A stretch of DNA of 64,000 nucleotides, from the NCBI GenBank assembly GCA_964543295.1, contig CAZIXA010000007.1:8295-72294 (forward strand), in the 5' to 3' direction. The notes under the pieces were generated by a model. That model saw only the letters and a list, made by a program, of their open reading frames with translations, had not been told where the DNA came from and searched no databases. The DNA comes from an uncultured Clostridia bacterium. GTDB lineage: Bacteria > Aerophobota > Aerophobia > Aerophobales > AE-B3A. Positions 31,383 through 42,222 of this stretch are shown piece by piece. How positions within the stretch are numbered: position 1 is the stretch's first letter; each line of letters begins with the position of its first letter. Made by a program: the position numbers and the translations under genes.

Positions 31383-32408
31383 TTAAGGTTTCAATAATAT
31401 CTTCATTGCTTTGCCTCTCTGTCTAACCAAATCCAACCCCTTGGAAGCTTTTTCCAGTCCGAATCTGTGGGAAATTAAAGACCTCAGGTTATCTCGTTCT
31501 GGTATAAGAAGCTCTATAGCTCGCCGATAATCAATCTTCGTATAGACCCGGCTACCTCTAAAAACTACCTCTTTGAAAGTAGCTCGGGTGAAATTTGTCG
31601 GATCGGGTTTTTCATGAACACCAACTAGGATAATTTCTCCCCTTATCTTTACCATATCTACCATCTGCAGGGTACCCGAAGCTGTTCCTGAAACCTCATA
31701 GACTACATCTGCTCCTATTCCATTAGTTAGCTCAAAAACCCTGAAAACAGGATCAACCCTACTGGCATCTATAATGGTAAATCCAAAGTGTCTGGCTAGC
31801 TCTAACCTGTACTCATTTACCTCAGAAACAATGATTTTGGAAGCCCCGCCTCGCTTTGCCATTAAGGCCACCAGCATACCGATGGGACCCGCGCCAATGA
31901 CGGCTACCTTATCTCCAATTTTAAGATTAGAAACGGTAATAATATGCTGGGCCACTGCCAGAGGTTCAGTCAGGGCAGCTAAATCCAGAGAAACTCCTTC
32001 TGGCAATTTATGGATTGTCTCCAGAGGAGCCTTAACATACTCAGCAAAAGCTCCATTCACATCTATCCCCAGAAGCCTAAGATACTGACAGACGTGGTCC
32101 CAACCCATCTGACAGGCATAACATTTACCACAGGATAAAAGCGGCCTGACGGTTACCTTATCCCCTACTTTAATTTCTGCCTTTTCTTCTCCAATCTCAA
32201 CCACCTCTCCGGACAACTCATGTCCAATAATGAGAGGAGGTTTAGCCCGAGGGTGATTCCCTGATACTATGGTTAAATCAGTACCACAAATACCAGCATA
32301 TTCAACCTTAATAAGAGCCTCCCCTTGACCAGGCTGAAGTATGGGGACTTCTCTAATAACTACTTTTCCTTTATCTACATAAACTGCCGCTTCCATCTTC
32401 TTTTGCAT
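31383..32408 (-). CDS. Zn-dependent alcohol dehydrogenase (MDR; sorbitol/threonine dehydrogenase-like)
   Basis: GHE zinc ligand region, CGKC structural zinc, GAGPIG Rossmann motif. Confidence 0.9.
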   Translation of the reverse strand: MQKKMEAAVYVDKGKVVIREVPILQPGQGEALIKVEYAGICGTDLTIVSGNHPRAKPPLIIGHELSGEVVEIGEEKAEIKVGDKVTVRPLLSCGKCYACQMGWDHVCQYLRLLGIDVNGAFAEYVKAPLETIHKLPEGVSLDLAALTEPLAVAQHIITVSNLKIGDKVAVIGAGPIGMLVALMAKRGGASKIIVSEVNEYRLELARHFGFTIIDASRVDPVFRVFELTNGIGADVVYEVSGTASGTLQMVDMVKIRGEIILVGVHEKPDPTNFTRATFKEVVFRGSRVYTKIDYRRAIELLIPERDNLRSLISHRFGLEKASKGLDLVRQRGKAMKILLKP

Positions 32409-32446
32409 TGATATATTTCCTTTAATCTCCTGAATATTCTTAGGCG

Positions 32447-32713
32447 GCTAAATTACATATCCTCCACTTACATCAAAAATTCCACGAGTAATATAGCTAG
32501 CGTCATCTGAGGCAAGAAATGCCACCATTTTAGCTATCTCAACGGGCCTACCTACTCTACCCATAGGTATGGAGGCAGCAAACTTAGCCATAAGTCCTCT
32601 ATCTTTATAGAAAGGAGTATCAATTACTCCCAGGGCAATTGCGTTAACTCTTATCCCTTGGGCAGCTACTTCTTTAGGTAGATTTCTACTCTTTCATCCC
32701 CTTTCCGAGACAT
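32447..32713 (-). pseudogene. C-terminal fragment of an SDR family oxidoreductase
   Basis: Minus-strand translation ...GIRVNAIALGVIDTPFY...PMGRVGRPVEIAKMVAFLASDDASYITRGIFDVSGGYVI*; in-frame stop just upstream. Confidence 0.55.
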
Positions 32714-32908
32714 AATCTTCTAGCTTCTTGCTCTTTCCATATAGGCACTCGCGGTTGTATGATTAGCTTAGATTTAACAAAGATTGTGGGCTAGAAAATC
32801 AAATCTCAGAACCCTTTAGCCAATGATCCACCAAAATCAGTATCACTTTGGAAGTACATTGAAATCTTTTGATTAGTACACCTTTAAGAGGTGTCTTTTT
32901 TAGCTTAA

Positions 32909-33757
32909 TCATCCTTTCATTGCTCCGGCTGTCAGACCGGCAATGAGAAATTTCTGCAACAGAACATACAGAATTATTGCTGGCATACTCCCAATAATAG
33001 AACCGGCCATCAACATAGGCCAGTAAACCTGAAATTCCCCCACACACCTCATAATTCCTAAAGTTACCGTGCTCATCTCATGGGTACTGGTTAAACAAAG
33101 AGCCCATAATACATCACACCAGGCCAACAAAAAGGCAAACAACACCGTGGCCACCATTCCCGGCTTAGCCACCGGCAACAATACTCGGCGAAAGGCACCT
33201 AGTCTAGAACATCCGTCAATCATAGCCGCTTGATCCAGCTCTGGAGCAATGGTGTCGAAGAATCCCTTTAACATCCAGGTACAAAAAGGAAGGCAGATAG
33301 TGATAAAAGCTATTATTAAACCGGTACGGGTATTAAACAGGCCAATCCTACCTAATATCTTAAAGTAGGGACCGATGAGTAGACCACCAGGGAGCATTTG
33401 GGTAGCTAAAAAAGCCCCCAGGAGGAGGGTCTTACCCCTGAACATAAATCTGGAGAAACCGTAGCCGGCTAAACCTCCCAGGAATGTAGATATGGCTGCC
33501 GTGCAGGAAGCTATTATTACACTATTTATAAAATATATGCCAAAGGGCTTCCTTATCCACATAGCAATGTAGGCTTCGAAGGTTAGTTTCCGGGGTATCC
33601 AGGTGGGGGGGATACACAATGCTTCAGGGTTGGTTTTTAAGGAGGTTAAAATCATCCAGACAAAGGGAAAAAAAACAAAAATAGAGCTCAAGGCAAGAAA
33701 AAAATAGACCAGGCTAATTTTTATCGTATATTGCCTTCGTATTCCTGAGGCTACCAT
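32909..33757 (-). CDS. Sugar ABC transporter permease (CUT1, MalG/UgpE-like)
   Basis: 6-TM permease with EAA-like loop (DGCSRLGAFRRVLLPVAKPG). Confidence 0.9.
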   Translation of the reverse strand: MVASGIRRQYTIKISLVYFFLALSSIFVFFPFVWMILTSLKTNPEALCIPPTWIPRKLTFEAYIAMWIRKPFGIYFINSVIIASCTAAISTFLGGLAGYGFSRFMFRGKTLLLGAFLATQMLPGGLLIGPYFKILGRIGLFNTRTGLIIAFITICLPFCTWMLKGFFDTIAPELDQAAMIDGCSRLGAFRRVLLPVAKPGMVATVLFAFLLAWCDVLWALCLTSTHEMSTVTLGIMRCVGEFQVYWPMLMAGSIIGSMPAIILYVLLQKFLIAGLTAGAMKG

Positions 33758-33821
33758 GCTCTGCCCCCTGGTCAGTGGAGCACCAACTCTCCTGTCTGAG
33801 AAAAGCGAAAAACCCTCCTCA

Positions 33822-34724
33822 TCACTGCTCCTTGCTTATCATCCATATATAGGGAAGGCTAAGAGAAAGGAGAATAATACTCATTATTACGGCTATGGCA
33901 CTGGCATATTCAAAGCGAAAGAATTGAAAATATTCTTTGTATATAAGGGTAGAGAAGACCTCGGTTTGATGTCCAGGTCCACCCTGGGTCATCGCCTGTA
34001 CCAGACCAAAGCGCCTGAACTCCCAGATAATATCCAGAGCTAAAGCGACAACCACCATTTTCTTCAGACTCGGTAGGGTTATGTATCGGAAGGACTGAAA
34101 ACTTGAGGCCCCATCGATCTTGGATGCCTCATATAAATCCCTGGGAATAGCCTGAAGACCTGCCAGCAGGATTAGCATAACAAAGGGGAATCCCCGCCAG
34201 ATATCGGCAAAAATAATGCTGGACAAAGCTAGTCCGGGATCGGATAGCCACAAGATGGGAGCATGAATGAAATTTAGTCTGGAGAGAAGATCATTGAGGG
34301 CCCCGTATACCGGATCGTATATCCACTTCCAGGTAATACCGGCAACAACATCAGGCACTGTCCAGGGAAGTAGAACAACTAACCTGAAAAGCAGTCTTGC
34401 TTTAATCCGGGTGTTTAATGCCATCGCAATCGCTAGCCCTATTATCAGATGAAAAGTGACTACCACTCCAACAAAAACCAGGGTATTTCTAAAGGCTTGC
34501 CAAAATAGAGAATCTCGAAAAAGCTCTGCATAATTAGTCAGGGAGTACAGACCCCCTGATTCTGAAGTAAAACTGAGCTTCAGGCTATACATTGCCGGGT
34601 AGACGATCACCGCCAGAAGCATTAAGGCCGCCGGCAAGATAAAAAAATAACCCATCTGTTTGTCTTTGATATGGAAGGTAAGCATCACATATTTCCTTTT
34701 AGCCCGAATTCTAGCTATAATCAA
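33822..34724 (-). CDS. Sugar ABC transporter permease (CUT1, MalF/UgpA-like)
   Basis: Multi-TM permease, EASKIDGASSFQSFRYITLP EAA motif. Confidence 0.9.
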   Translation of the reverse strand: MIIARIRAKRKYVMLTFHIKDKQMGYFFILPAALMLLAVIVYPAMYSLKLSFTSESGGLYSLTNYAELFRDSLFWQAFRNTLVFVGVVVTFHLIIGLAIAMALNTRIKARLLFRLVVLLPWTVPDVVAGITWKWIYDPVYGALNDLLSRLNFIHAPILWLSDPGLALSSIIFADIWRGFPFVMLILLAGLQAIPRDLYEASKIDGASSFQSFRYITLPSLKKMVVVALALDIIWEFRRFGLVQAMTQGGPGHQTEVFSTLIYKEYFQFFRFEYASAIAVIMSIILLSLSLPYIWMISKEQ

Positions 34725-34855
34725 CGTTCTTATACCTGCAAACCTATTGAGGTTTTAACAACTTACAAGGGGAAGAGGGGCCCTTGCCATCCCCTTCCCC
34801 TTACTTTATCTATCCTGGTATAGTAACCATCCCAATGGAAATCGCATTCCTATCT

Positions 34856-36172
34856 TCATCGAGCGAGAATAGCATTAACCCTTTTGTGGGCCTCTGCCAG
34901 AGCTTTCTCAGGAGTCTTAACCCCAATTAGAGCTTCTTGAACTGCTGTGGTGACGGCATCGATTATCTCAGGCCATTCTTTTATCTGAGGAACAAATTTT
35001 GCATGGGCTAACTCAGAGGCAACGACCTTGGCGTGCTTGTCTTCCAGTATTTCTGGAGATACTCCGCTTACATCTTGTCTGGCGGAAAGCACAGAGGCGT
35101 CCCTGAACCATTTTAGTTCCATTTCTTTGCTGGTAATGAACTTGGTCCATTCCCAGGCTTCCTGGGCATGCTTGGTATTGGGACTTATTATCCAGGCACT
35201 GAGCCAGGCAGAGGTAATTGCCTTTCTCTTTACCGGGACAGCGGAGTACTCCAGCACTTCGGAGGCCCCTAACTCAGGGTTTATGCTATCTACTATAGGG
35301 ACTGTCCAGCCAGATCCTATATTCATGGCTACCTTCTCTTGGGCTAGTTGTGTCCTCACATCGAAAGGACCAAAAGCAGTAGCTCCGGGAGGTGCCACAC
35401 CGTACTCTCGATACAGACTCACAAAGAATTTAATCGCTTCAACTGCCTCAGGGGTATCCAATGTCGAATGCTTCATATCTTCTGTTAAATAGTCACCCCC
35501 GAAACTCCAGACAAAGGGACTGAATCGAAGTTCAAAGCCAGGATCCTTAGCCCCAATCATACCAAAGCCCCATTGATCCACTTTGAAGTCGCCGTCTTTA
35601 TCTACCGTAAGGGCCTGAGCATATTCCAAAAACTCATCCCAGGTTTTGGGAGGTTTAGTGGGATCAAGCCCGACTTCTTTGAACATTTCCGTATTGCGAA
35701 CCAGAACCTGAGCCATGTAATCACCCGGCATAGCATACACTTTCCCCTTGTATGTACAGAGTGTCAAAGGCACAGCATACCAGGCATCAAGAAAATCAGC
35801 CTTTTCTTTGTTAATGAAGGGAGTCAAATCAAGAGCATAACCTTTTTCGATGAACGCCGCCAGGGAATAAGCGTGAAGGTGCATCACATCCGGTGCCTGC
35901 CCAGCCTCAGATGCCGTAATATACTTGGTCTCTTTCTCTCCGTAGGAAACCGGTTCAAAGGTGATCTTGATATCCGGGTATTGCTCCTCAAAAATAACCT
36001 TTGCCTCTTCCAGGGCCTTAAGCCAGTGGGCTTCTGCCATGTGCCAATCAGAGAATCGTAGAGTCACCTTGGCAGACGCCTTGGTTACCGGCCCAAAGCT
36101 CAGAGCTAGCGCAGTAGTCAGAAAAACCACCATTACCAGGCTCGTTAAGAGCCATTTTGTACTTTTTTTCAT
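34856..36172 (-). CDS. ABC transporter extracellular solute-binding protein (family 1, sugar)
   Basis: Likely start MKKSTKWLL... (AAGGAGG RBS) with signal peptide; ORF-track start 36259 is further upstream. Confidence 0.88.
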   Translation of the reverse strand: MKKSTKWLLTSLVMVVFLTTALALSFGPVTKASAKVTLRFSDWHMAEAHWLKALEEAKVIFEEQYPDIKITFEPVSYGEKETKYITASEAGQAPDVMHLHAYSLAAFIEKGYALDLTPFINKEKADFLDAWYAVPLTLCTYKGKVYAMPGDYMAQVLVRNTEMFKEVGLDPTKPPKTWDEFLEYAQALTVDKDGDFKVDQWGFGMIGAKDPGFELRFSPFVWSFGGDYLTEDMKHSTLDTPEAVEAIKFFVSLYREYGVAPPGATAFGPFDVRTQLAQEKVAMNIGSGWTVPIVDSINPELGASEVLEYSAVPVKRKAITSAWLSAWIISPNTKHAQEAWEWTKFITSKEMELKWFRDASVLSARQDVSGVSPEILEDKHAKVVASELAHAKFVPQIKEWPEIIDAVTTAVQEALIGVKTPEKALAEAHKRVNAILAR

Positions 36173-36295
36173 TCTCTTTCCTCCTTGTAATACAGAGAAC
36201 TTGGTCACTTCGGACGGCCCCTCATCCAGTGACCAATCCCTTTTTACCACTTTTTTCACCTCCTTCTCTTATTTTGGAGCATCTATTAACCAATT

Positions 36296-37042
36296 TTAAT
36301 CCATCAAACAGCCACCATTTACATCCAATACCTCACCAGTGATAAATTTTGCACTGTCTGAGACTAAGAAAACCACTGCCTCGGCTACATCGCCAGGTTC
36401 ACCTAGTCTTCCCAGGGGAATGCTACTAATGATGCTTTTTCTTTTCTCATCCGACCACTCTCTGCTCATCTCCGTCTCGATGGCATGGGGCGCAACCGCA
36501 TTGACATTTATTCCATACGGAGCTAGCTCTCTAGCCAAAGATTTAGCAAGACAGGCCATTCCTGCTTTAGAGGCACCATAACAAGGAGCCGAGGCAATGT
36601 CTCCCATCTTTCCCGCAATAGAGGATATATTTACGATTTTCCCGGATCTCTGTTTCTTCATAACTCCAATGACCGCTTGGCAACAGTTAAAAGCACCTTT
36701 AAGATTCACACTTAAAACCCGGTCCCATTCTTCCTCGCTCAGATTCTCGGTCGAACCGCGGCGTATAATCCCGGCATTATTTACTAAGATATCCACCCTT
36801 CCAAATTTCTCCAGGATGGATTGGATCATCCGCTTCACCTCTTTGCTCTGGGAAACATCCGCTTTTATAGCCAGAGCTCGACGCCCTATAGATCCGATTT
36901 CAGTGGCTACTTGTTGAGCTACCTTACCATCAATGTCGTTTACCACAACATTTGCCCCTTCCCGGGCCAGAGTTAAAGCCGTAGCTTTACCTATACCTCG
37001 ACCAGCACCGGTAACAATGGCCACCTTATCGGCTAACTTCAT
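36296..37042 (-). CDS. SDR family oxidoreductase (FabG-like)
   Basis: TGAGRGIG, NNAG and YxxxK motifs. Confidence 0.9.
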   Translation of the reverse strand: MKLADKVAIVTGAGRGIGKATALTLAREGANVVVNDIDGKVAQQVATEIGSIGRRALAIKADVSQSKEVKRMIQSILEKFGRVDILVNNAGIIRRGSTENLSEEEWDRVLSVNLKGAFNCCQAVIGVMKKQRSGKIVNISSIAGKMGDIASAPCYGASKAGMACLAKSLARELAPYGINVNAVAPHAIETEMSREWSDEKRKSIISSIPLGRLGEPGDVAEAVVFLVSDSAKFITGEVLDVNGGCLMD

Positions 37043-37692
37043 TTCCCTCTGGCCTTTTTCACCTCCTCTATGAACTGTTCTGCTTTTCTGGTTATCACTT
37101 CAAACTGCGCTTGCGCCACAGCTTTTTTATCCACCAGGGCACTACCGACTGAAATAACCGAAGCTCCAGCCTTAATAAACTCCCCGGCATTATCTAAACT
37201 CACTCCCCCGGTGGGGTTGAGCAGGATCTGGGGTAAGGGTGCCTTTATGGCTTTAATGTAAGAGGGCCCACCCAGTTGACCGGCTGGGAAAACCTTCACT
37301 ACATCCGCCCCCATCTCCCAGGCTCTCACTATCTCGGTAGGGGTCATGGCCCCGGGGATTACAATTTTACTGTACCTCTTACATAGTCTCACCAATTCGG
37401 GATTAAGGCAGGGTCCCACAATGAACTCAGCGCCGGCCAAAATAGATGCTCGGGCGGTTTCCGGGTCGAGTACTGAGCCCGCCCCCAACAATATCTCATC
37501 GCCGGCCTCCTTAGCCAAGCTTTCCATAACTCCTATGGCACCGGGAACCGTCATAGTGATCTCAATGGTATTAATTCCTCCTTTTCTTATAGCCTCAACC
37601 ACTTTAAGAGCCTCAGCGGCTGACCTTGCCCTGATGACGGGAATGACTCCACCCTCAAGCATAATCCCAAGTTTTTCACTTTTTTGACTCAT
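37039..37692 (-). CDS. eda: 2-dehydro-3-deoxyphosphogluconate / 4-hydroxy-2-oxoglutarate aldolase
   Basis: KDPG aldolase fold sequence (GGINTIEITMTVPGA...KVFPAG); probable start MSQKSEKLG with AAGGAG RBS; ORF-track start 37785. Confidence 0.88.
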   Translation of the reverse strand: MSQKSEKLGIMLEGGVIPVIRARSAAEALKVVEAIRKGGINTIEITMTVPGAIGVMESLAKEAGDEILLGAGSVLDPETARASILAGAEFIVGPCLNPELVRLCKRYSKIVIPGAMTPTEIVRAWEMGADVVKVFPAGQLGGPSYIKAIKAPLPQILLNPTGGVSLDNAGEFIKAGASVISVGSALVDKKAVAQAQFEVITRKAEQFIEEVKKARGK

Positions 37693-37896
37693 ACTTTTTT
37701 TCTCCTTTTCTCTCGTGAGTTTTTCCTTGCCGCATGCGACTGCAACCCATTCGAACCGCTGCCAAAAAAACCGCCTGTTCACCAACCGTATTTATACCAG
37801 AAATTATCTCAAAAGCAAGCCGGCTGTGCTTGTTAGTCAAAGTTTGCCGTATTTTCAAGCTCTAAACTAAATCCACTGTATTATATGAATAAAGAT

Positions 37897-37912
37897 TGAT
37901 TGACTGCAATCA
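37897..37912. promoter_or_regulatory. Palindrome TGATTGACTGCAATCA (candidate operator) upstream of eda operon
   Basis: Perfect 6+4+6 palindrome in the nudC-eda intergenic region. Confidence 0.25.
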
Positions 37913-37937
37913 GCGAAGGGAGAAATCTTAAAACCAG

Positions 37938-38753
37938 CTATTGATAAGTGTTTACAAACCAATCAATCAGTCGTCGAGAAATGCTGACTCTGTCAGGTAT
38001 GGAAGGAAGGTTGTTAGCTGTAAACCAGTCTGCATCTACAATCTCAGTTTCATCGATGGTAATTTTGCCACTAGCATAATCGGCGGTAAAAGCAACCATA
38101 AGTGAATTAGGGAAGGGCCAAGGTTGGCTACCGAAGTAACATATATTTTCCACCTCTACACCAACTTCCTCCTTAACCTCTCTCTTCACACACTCCTCAA
38201 GTGTTTCTCCGGCGTCGACAAAACCGGCAATAACACTATATAATCCAGGAGGAAAGCGATGGGCCCGGGTAAGAAGTATCTGGTTATCCTTGAGCACTGC
38301 TACTATTATAGCGGGAGATATACGAGGAAAATTTATAAGCCCACACCGAGGACAGACTTTAGCCCGTTCATTGGGCTTAGTTTGGGTGGGAGTTCCGCAT
38401 CGCCCACAATACTGGTGCGTCTGATCCCAATTCATAACTTGAATAGCACGACCCGCTAGCCAGAAAAGATTTTCTTCCAGCAAGCCGAATAGTGGTCGTA
38501 ATCCTTGAAAAGCCATACCCTCAGGAGCCGAAGCACCAGCAGCTAATTCTGCCGAATAGCAGGCGCGTCCATCTAGTGTGCCAAGATACTGCTTTCGTAT
38601 TGGTTTTAGGTTTAATGATTCCAAATCAGTGGCGCGCGGGATAGCAGCGGCTTTACTCTTCCATTTAATGAGGAGCTTATCGCCACGAAACACAAACCAC
38701 CATGCAGGTTCCGTCTTGTTGGATGACGGCACCACTCCTGGCACAAAACTCAT
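37938..38753 (-). CDS. nudC: NAD+ diphosphatase (NADH pyrophosphatase, Nudix)
   Basis: CGRCGTPT...CPRCG zinc ribbon plus Nudix box GFVDAGETLEECVKREVKEEVGV. Confidence 0.88.
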   Translation of the reverse strand: MSFVPGVVPSSNKTEPAWWFVFRGDKLLIKWKSKAAAIPRATDLESLNLKPIRKQYLGTLDGRACYSAELAAGASAPEGMAFQGLRPLFGLLEENLFWLAGRAIQVMNWDQTHQYCGRCGTPTQTKPNERAKVCPRCGLINFPRISPAIIVAVLKDNQILLTRAHRFPPGLYSVIAGFVDAGETLEECVKREVKEEVGVEVENICYFGSQPWPFPNSLMVAFTADYASGKITIDETEIVDADWFTANNLPSIPDRVSISRRLIDWFVNTYQ

Positions 38754-38838
38754 AGAAAATCCTTTTTTCTTTTTTTGGAACTTGAATTTTATCGGAGCTA
38801 ACTTGAAACGACTGAACTACTTCGTTTATGCTCCTAAA

Positions 38839-39169
38839 TCAGGATAGTTCGCGAACTACTTCGTCATGCACGATTCTAGATGAACCCTCAAATGGTTGCT
38901 TTCTCTTATTGCCGTCTTGAGACAAATGAGAGACACGTCCTCTTTGCTCATCCAGAAAATACCCAGGTGGTTTTTTGAGAACTGTGGCGATTTTGGCTAA
39001 GGTTTTTATGGATTGCAGCGGTGCCTCCGGTTTCAAAACGAGAGATGTTCGTCTGTTCAATATTAACTTTGTGGGCGAGTTGAGTTAAATCAAGTTCTAT
39101 GTGGACTAGCTTTATCTTTTTGCCTGATTTCTTTGCGCCGATTTTGTCTGGTCTTTTTAAAAAAGGCAC
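38839..39169 (-). pseudogene. XRE-family HTH transcriptional regulator, frameshifted
   Basis: Two overlapping ORFs: HTH_3 (LTQLAHKVNIEQTNISRFETG) continues in another frame (KPEAPLQSIKTLAKIATVLKKPPGYFLDEQ). Confidence 0.6.
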
Positions 39170-39413
39170 GAGAAAAAATTTAGCAAGATACGTTTCCAGG
39201 CTATAACTTATCGATGAAAAGGGTATTCCTCTATCTACCTCACATTAGTAATATATACTAATTTGTAATAAGCGCAAGGTTTTTTTATCATGTGCATTGC
39301 GCAAGACCAGACAAATAGTACAACAAAAGCTCAAACTGCTGCCCACTAAGCGATAGGCACGAGACTTCTAATTGGTATCACTGGCGGACTTTGTCGGTCA
39401 GGACAATGCTGCC

Positions 39414-39833
39414 TCATTTCCAAATCCTATTTCCCATCATAAAATCCCAATTTCCGTTTTTTACGGTTGTAGAAAGGTAAGGTATCTTTCGCGCACAGGC
39501 AAGGATCAAGGCCATAGTATGTGTGGATACCTCATCAACAAAGTAATCCGGAACGTTAGCCACAATAATTCCCCGTTCAGTAGCTGCCTCCACATCAATA
39601 TTATCGACTCCCACACCATAACGAGAGATAACTCTGCATTGATCAAGGGATTTGATTACTCTCTCGGTTATGGGAGCATATTGATTAAGTATACCATCGG
39701 TGTCCTTAGCAGCAGTTATGACCTCCTCCTCTGTGGTACAGTGAGCCCCTACAAACTCAGGATCAATTTCTTCCAGTACTTTCCTTTCCAGATCGAGGGA
39801 AGGATAGTCGTAATCGGTCACCACTACTTTCAT
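39414..39833 (-). pseudogene. D-isomer-specific 2-hydroxyacid dehydrogenase, N-terminal catalytic-domain remnant (NAD-binding domain missing)
   Basis: MKVVVTDYDYP...GVGVDNIDVEAATERGIIVANVP... stops about 140 aa in, before any GxGxxG; downstream sequence non-coding. Confidence 0.6.
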
Positions 39834-39908
39834 TCTATTTTTGACCATCCATTCCTTTTCCTCTTCCAACCGCTAACATTATTCCTTATCCTTTATCAAA
39901 CTACCCCA

Positions 39909-40931
39909 TTACTCACTCGCCAAGGGTATTTCTATTGGCCTTGCCTCTTTATAGGATTGAGTTGCTGCTAGAGCAATCTCAAGAGCAGCTCTTCCATCTT
40001 GACCGGTAACTGTGGGGTTTTGATCATTATAAATACAGTCAATAAAATAGTTTAACTCATCAATATAAGCCTCCCCAAACCTTTCCATAATATAGGGAAC
40101 AAAATCATAAGTAGCACCTTTTTTTGTTAAAAGGACTACTGGAGTATGCCTAGCATAACCAATCATTATACCACCTTCCGAACCTAGAACTTCGGTACGA
40201 ATGTCATAGCCATACAAGGCATTACGACTTACCTCAACGTTTCCCAGGGAACCATCCGAAAAAAGCATATTTATAGTAGCATTATCAATATCATCTGCCT
40301 CTTTTAGCTGATCAAATACCAGTCTTCCCCCTTCAACATAAACTCTTTTTACCTCACTTTCCATTAGCCATCGGGCTAGGTCAAAATCATGAATGGCCAT
40401 ATCCATTATCAATCCCCCACTTGCCTTGGCGTAATCAAGTCTAGGACACATGGGATCTCTACTTATAGATTTAAAGTTCACAGGTTTTCCTATTTTGCCT
40501 TCTTCAATTTTTTCCTTGGCTACCATATATCCTCTATCAAATCTTCTCATAAAGCCTGCTTGAAATTTTACCTTTGTCTTTTCTACCGCCCTAAGAGCAG
40601 TGTCGGTTTCCTTTAAGGTAAGAGCAACAGGCTTTTCACAAAATACATCTTTGCCCACCTCGGCAGCACCAACAATAATCTCTGTATGGACGCTGGTAGA
40701 AGCAGCGATGACTACTCCTCTGATAGCTTCGATTTTGAGTAGATCCTGATAATTGTCAAAACAGTACTTTATACTGTGGGAGACAGCGACTTTTCTAGCA
40801 GTTTCGCGGTTGATGTCAGCTACAGCCACCAGTTCTGCCCCAGGGATTCGGGAAATGAGAGCCTCCACATATATACGCCCCATTCTTCCCAAACCAATCA
40901 AGCCTATTCTTACTTTATCATTCATAAACAC
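39909..40931 (-). CDS. Gfo/Idh/MocA family oxidoreductase (inositol 2-dehydrogenase-like)
   Basis: N-terminal IGLIGLGRMGRIY Rossmann motif; EKP motif. Confidence 0.9.
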   Translation of the reverse strand: MFMNDKVRIGLIGLGRMGRIYVEALISRIPGAELVAVADINRETARKVAVSHSIKYCFDNYQDLLKIEAIRGVVIAASTSVHTEIIVGAAEVGKDVFCEKPVALTLKETDTALRAVEKTKVKFQAGFMRRFDRGYMVAKEKIEEGKIGKPVNFKSISRDPMCPRLDYAKASGGLIMDMAIHDFDLARWLMESEVKRVYVEGGRLVFDQLKEADDIDNATINMLFSDGSLGNVEVSRNALYGYDIRTEVLGSEGGIMIGYARHTPVVLLTKKGATYDFVPYIMERFGEAYIDELNYFIDCIYNDQNPTVTGQDGRAALEIALAATQSYKEARPIEIPLASE

Positions 40932-41092
40932 TTTCCTCTCAGCCCTATTTAACTCTCAAGCTCGTTTACCCAGAAAATCCCTCTTACACAGGAAGAAAAT
41001 AGTAACTGTATTTAACCTTAAATATCAATAAGCTATTTTCCTACTCCCTATCTTTTGAATATTGACCATCAAATACTGATCCCTGGTTCTAA

Positions 41093-42211
41093 CTAGAACC
41101 CAATCTTTGGCAATCCGTAGACGGATTTCCAACCCTTACTCAAAGGCTCTTTCAGATAAGGCTCCATCTCCGAAGCATCTCGTAAGGTCACCTTCTCTAG
41201 CGGCGGAACTTTGCCAGGTGGAAAGACGTCCAGGATCTGATCAATAACTAAAGTCAAGTACCTGAGGATAGCCACAATGGGCCGCTTAGCCTTTCTGGCA
41301 CTGGCCAGACTTGGTTTCCCAACCGTTCCTTCCGGCGTTGCGGCCATTTCGATAGCCATGTGGCCTTCACCTTCAGACCACCGATGAGGTCGGTGCAGTG
41401 GATCCACTGATTTGTCAAAGTGACCATCGGGAAGAAATCCCTCTCCTTCGGTGTCCTGAGCAAGACTCATTTCAACCGTCCCTTCAGGAAACATCAAGAG
41501 GGCCACCGAGGTCTCCGCCTCATCTGCATGAACAAACTGCGTCTCCAGGCTGTCTGGACGTCCAGCCGGATAAAAGAATTCTCTCACTCCTCTATGCCAG
41601 TCCAGCACCTGGAAGATTCCCGGAAGCTGATATCTTTTAGTAAACTCATGTAAAGCTGTCTCCAATACCCAGAGCTGACCGTGGTTATTAATGATAATCT
41701 GTTTGCGAAAGCCATCGTTCCATAGCCCAAGCATGACGTAGACGAGAGTTTCTCGCACTACATCATCCGGCATGATCACCGTACCCGGCATCCCCAGATG
41801 ATGATAGGGATGAGCCCCATAATTGAGGGGGGGCAAGGCAAGATTAACGGCTCGATCCTGCTTAGCCGTATATCTACGCAGCGCCTCGGCAATCTGGGTC
41901 ACCATGAAGGTATCCAGACCAGAGATGGTATGCCGACCATGGTTTTCCGTACATCCCACAGGAATAATAACGATATCGTTCTTGCTCCTGTTTTCGATTA
42001 GTTTCTGACGAACTGTAGTCTGGATATAACTGCCAGACTTACCTAACTCTGGAGGTGAGGGTACCTCATACTCAGCCAGAATCGCATCAATCTCGACTTT
42101 CGATGCATCCCAGATCTCCTTCTTCAGCCTGCCTACGTCAGTATTTTCAAAGACGATAGCAGGATTTTCTGTTGTCAACCACAACTCACTTTTCTCTTTT
42201 TGGCTAGACAC
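41093..42211 (-). CDS. Creatininase-family amidohydrolase
   Basis: IIPVGCTENHGRH and HADEAETS metal-binding motifs of the creatininase fold; 372 aa. Confidence 0.75.
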   Translation of the reverse strand: MSSQKEKSELWLTTENPAIVFENTDVGRLKKEIWDASKVEIDAILAEYEVPSPPELGKSGSYIQTTVRQKLIENRSKNDIVIIPVGCTENHGRHTISGLDTFMVTQIAEALRRYTAKQDRAVNLALPPLNYGAHPYHHLGMPGTVIMPDDVVRETLVYVMLGLWNDGFRKQIIINNHGQLWVLETALHEFTKRYQLPGIFQVLDWHRGVREFFYPAGRPDSLETQFVHADEAETSVALLMFPEGTVEMSLAQDTEGEGFLPDGHFDKSVDPLHRPHRWSEGEGHMAIEMAATPEGTVGKPSLASARKAKRPIVAILRYLTLVIDQILDVFPPGKVPPLEKVTLRDASEMEPYLKEPLSKGWKSVYGLPKIGF

Positions 42212-42222
42212 TTTACTCCTCC

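Noticed and set aside
32871-32900. Hairpin ACACCTTTAAGAGGTGT followed by CTTTTTT as a terminator for the minus-strand permease
   Set aside because: The U-tract follows the hairpin only on the plus strand, where there is no upstream gene. For the minus-strand permease the A-tract precedes the stem. At best it is a weak bidirectional terminator, so it is not annotated.
32799-33047. 82-aa minus-strand ORF overlapping the 3' end of the ABC permease
   Set aside because: Out-of-frame overlap with a well-supported permease gene; Cys/Ser-rich nonsense composition.
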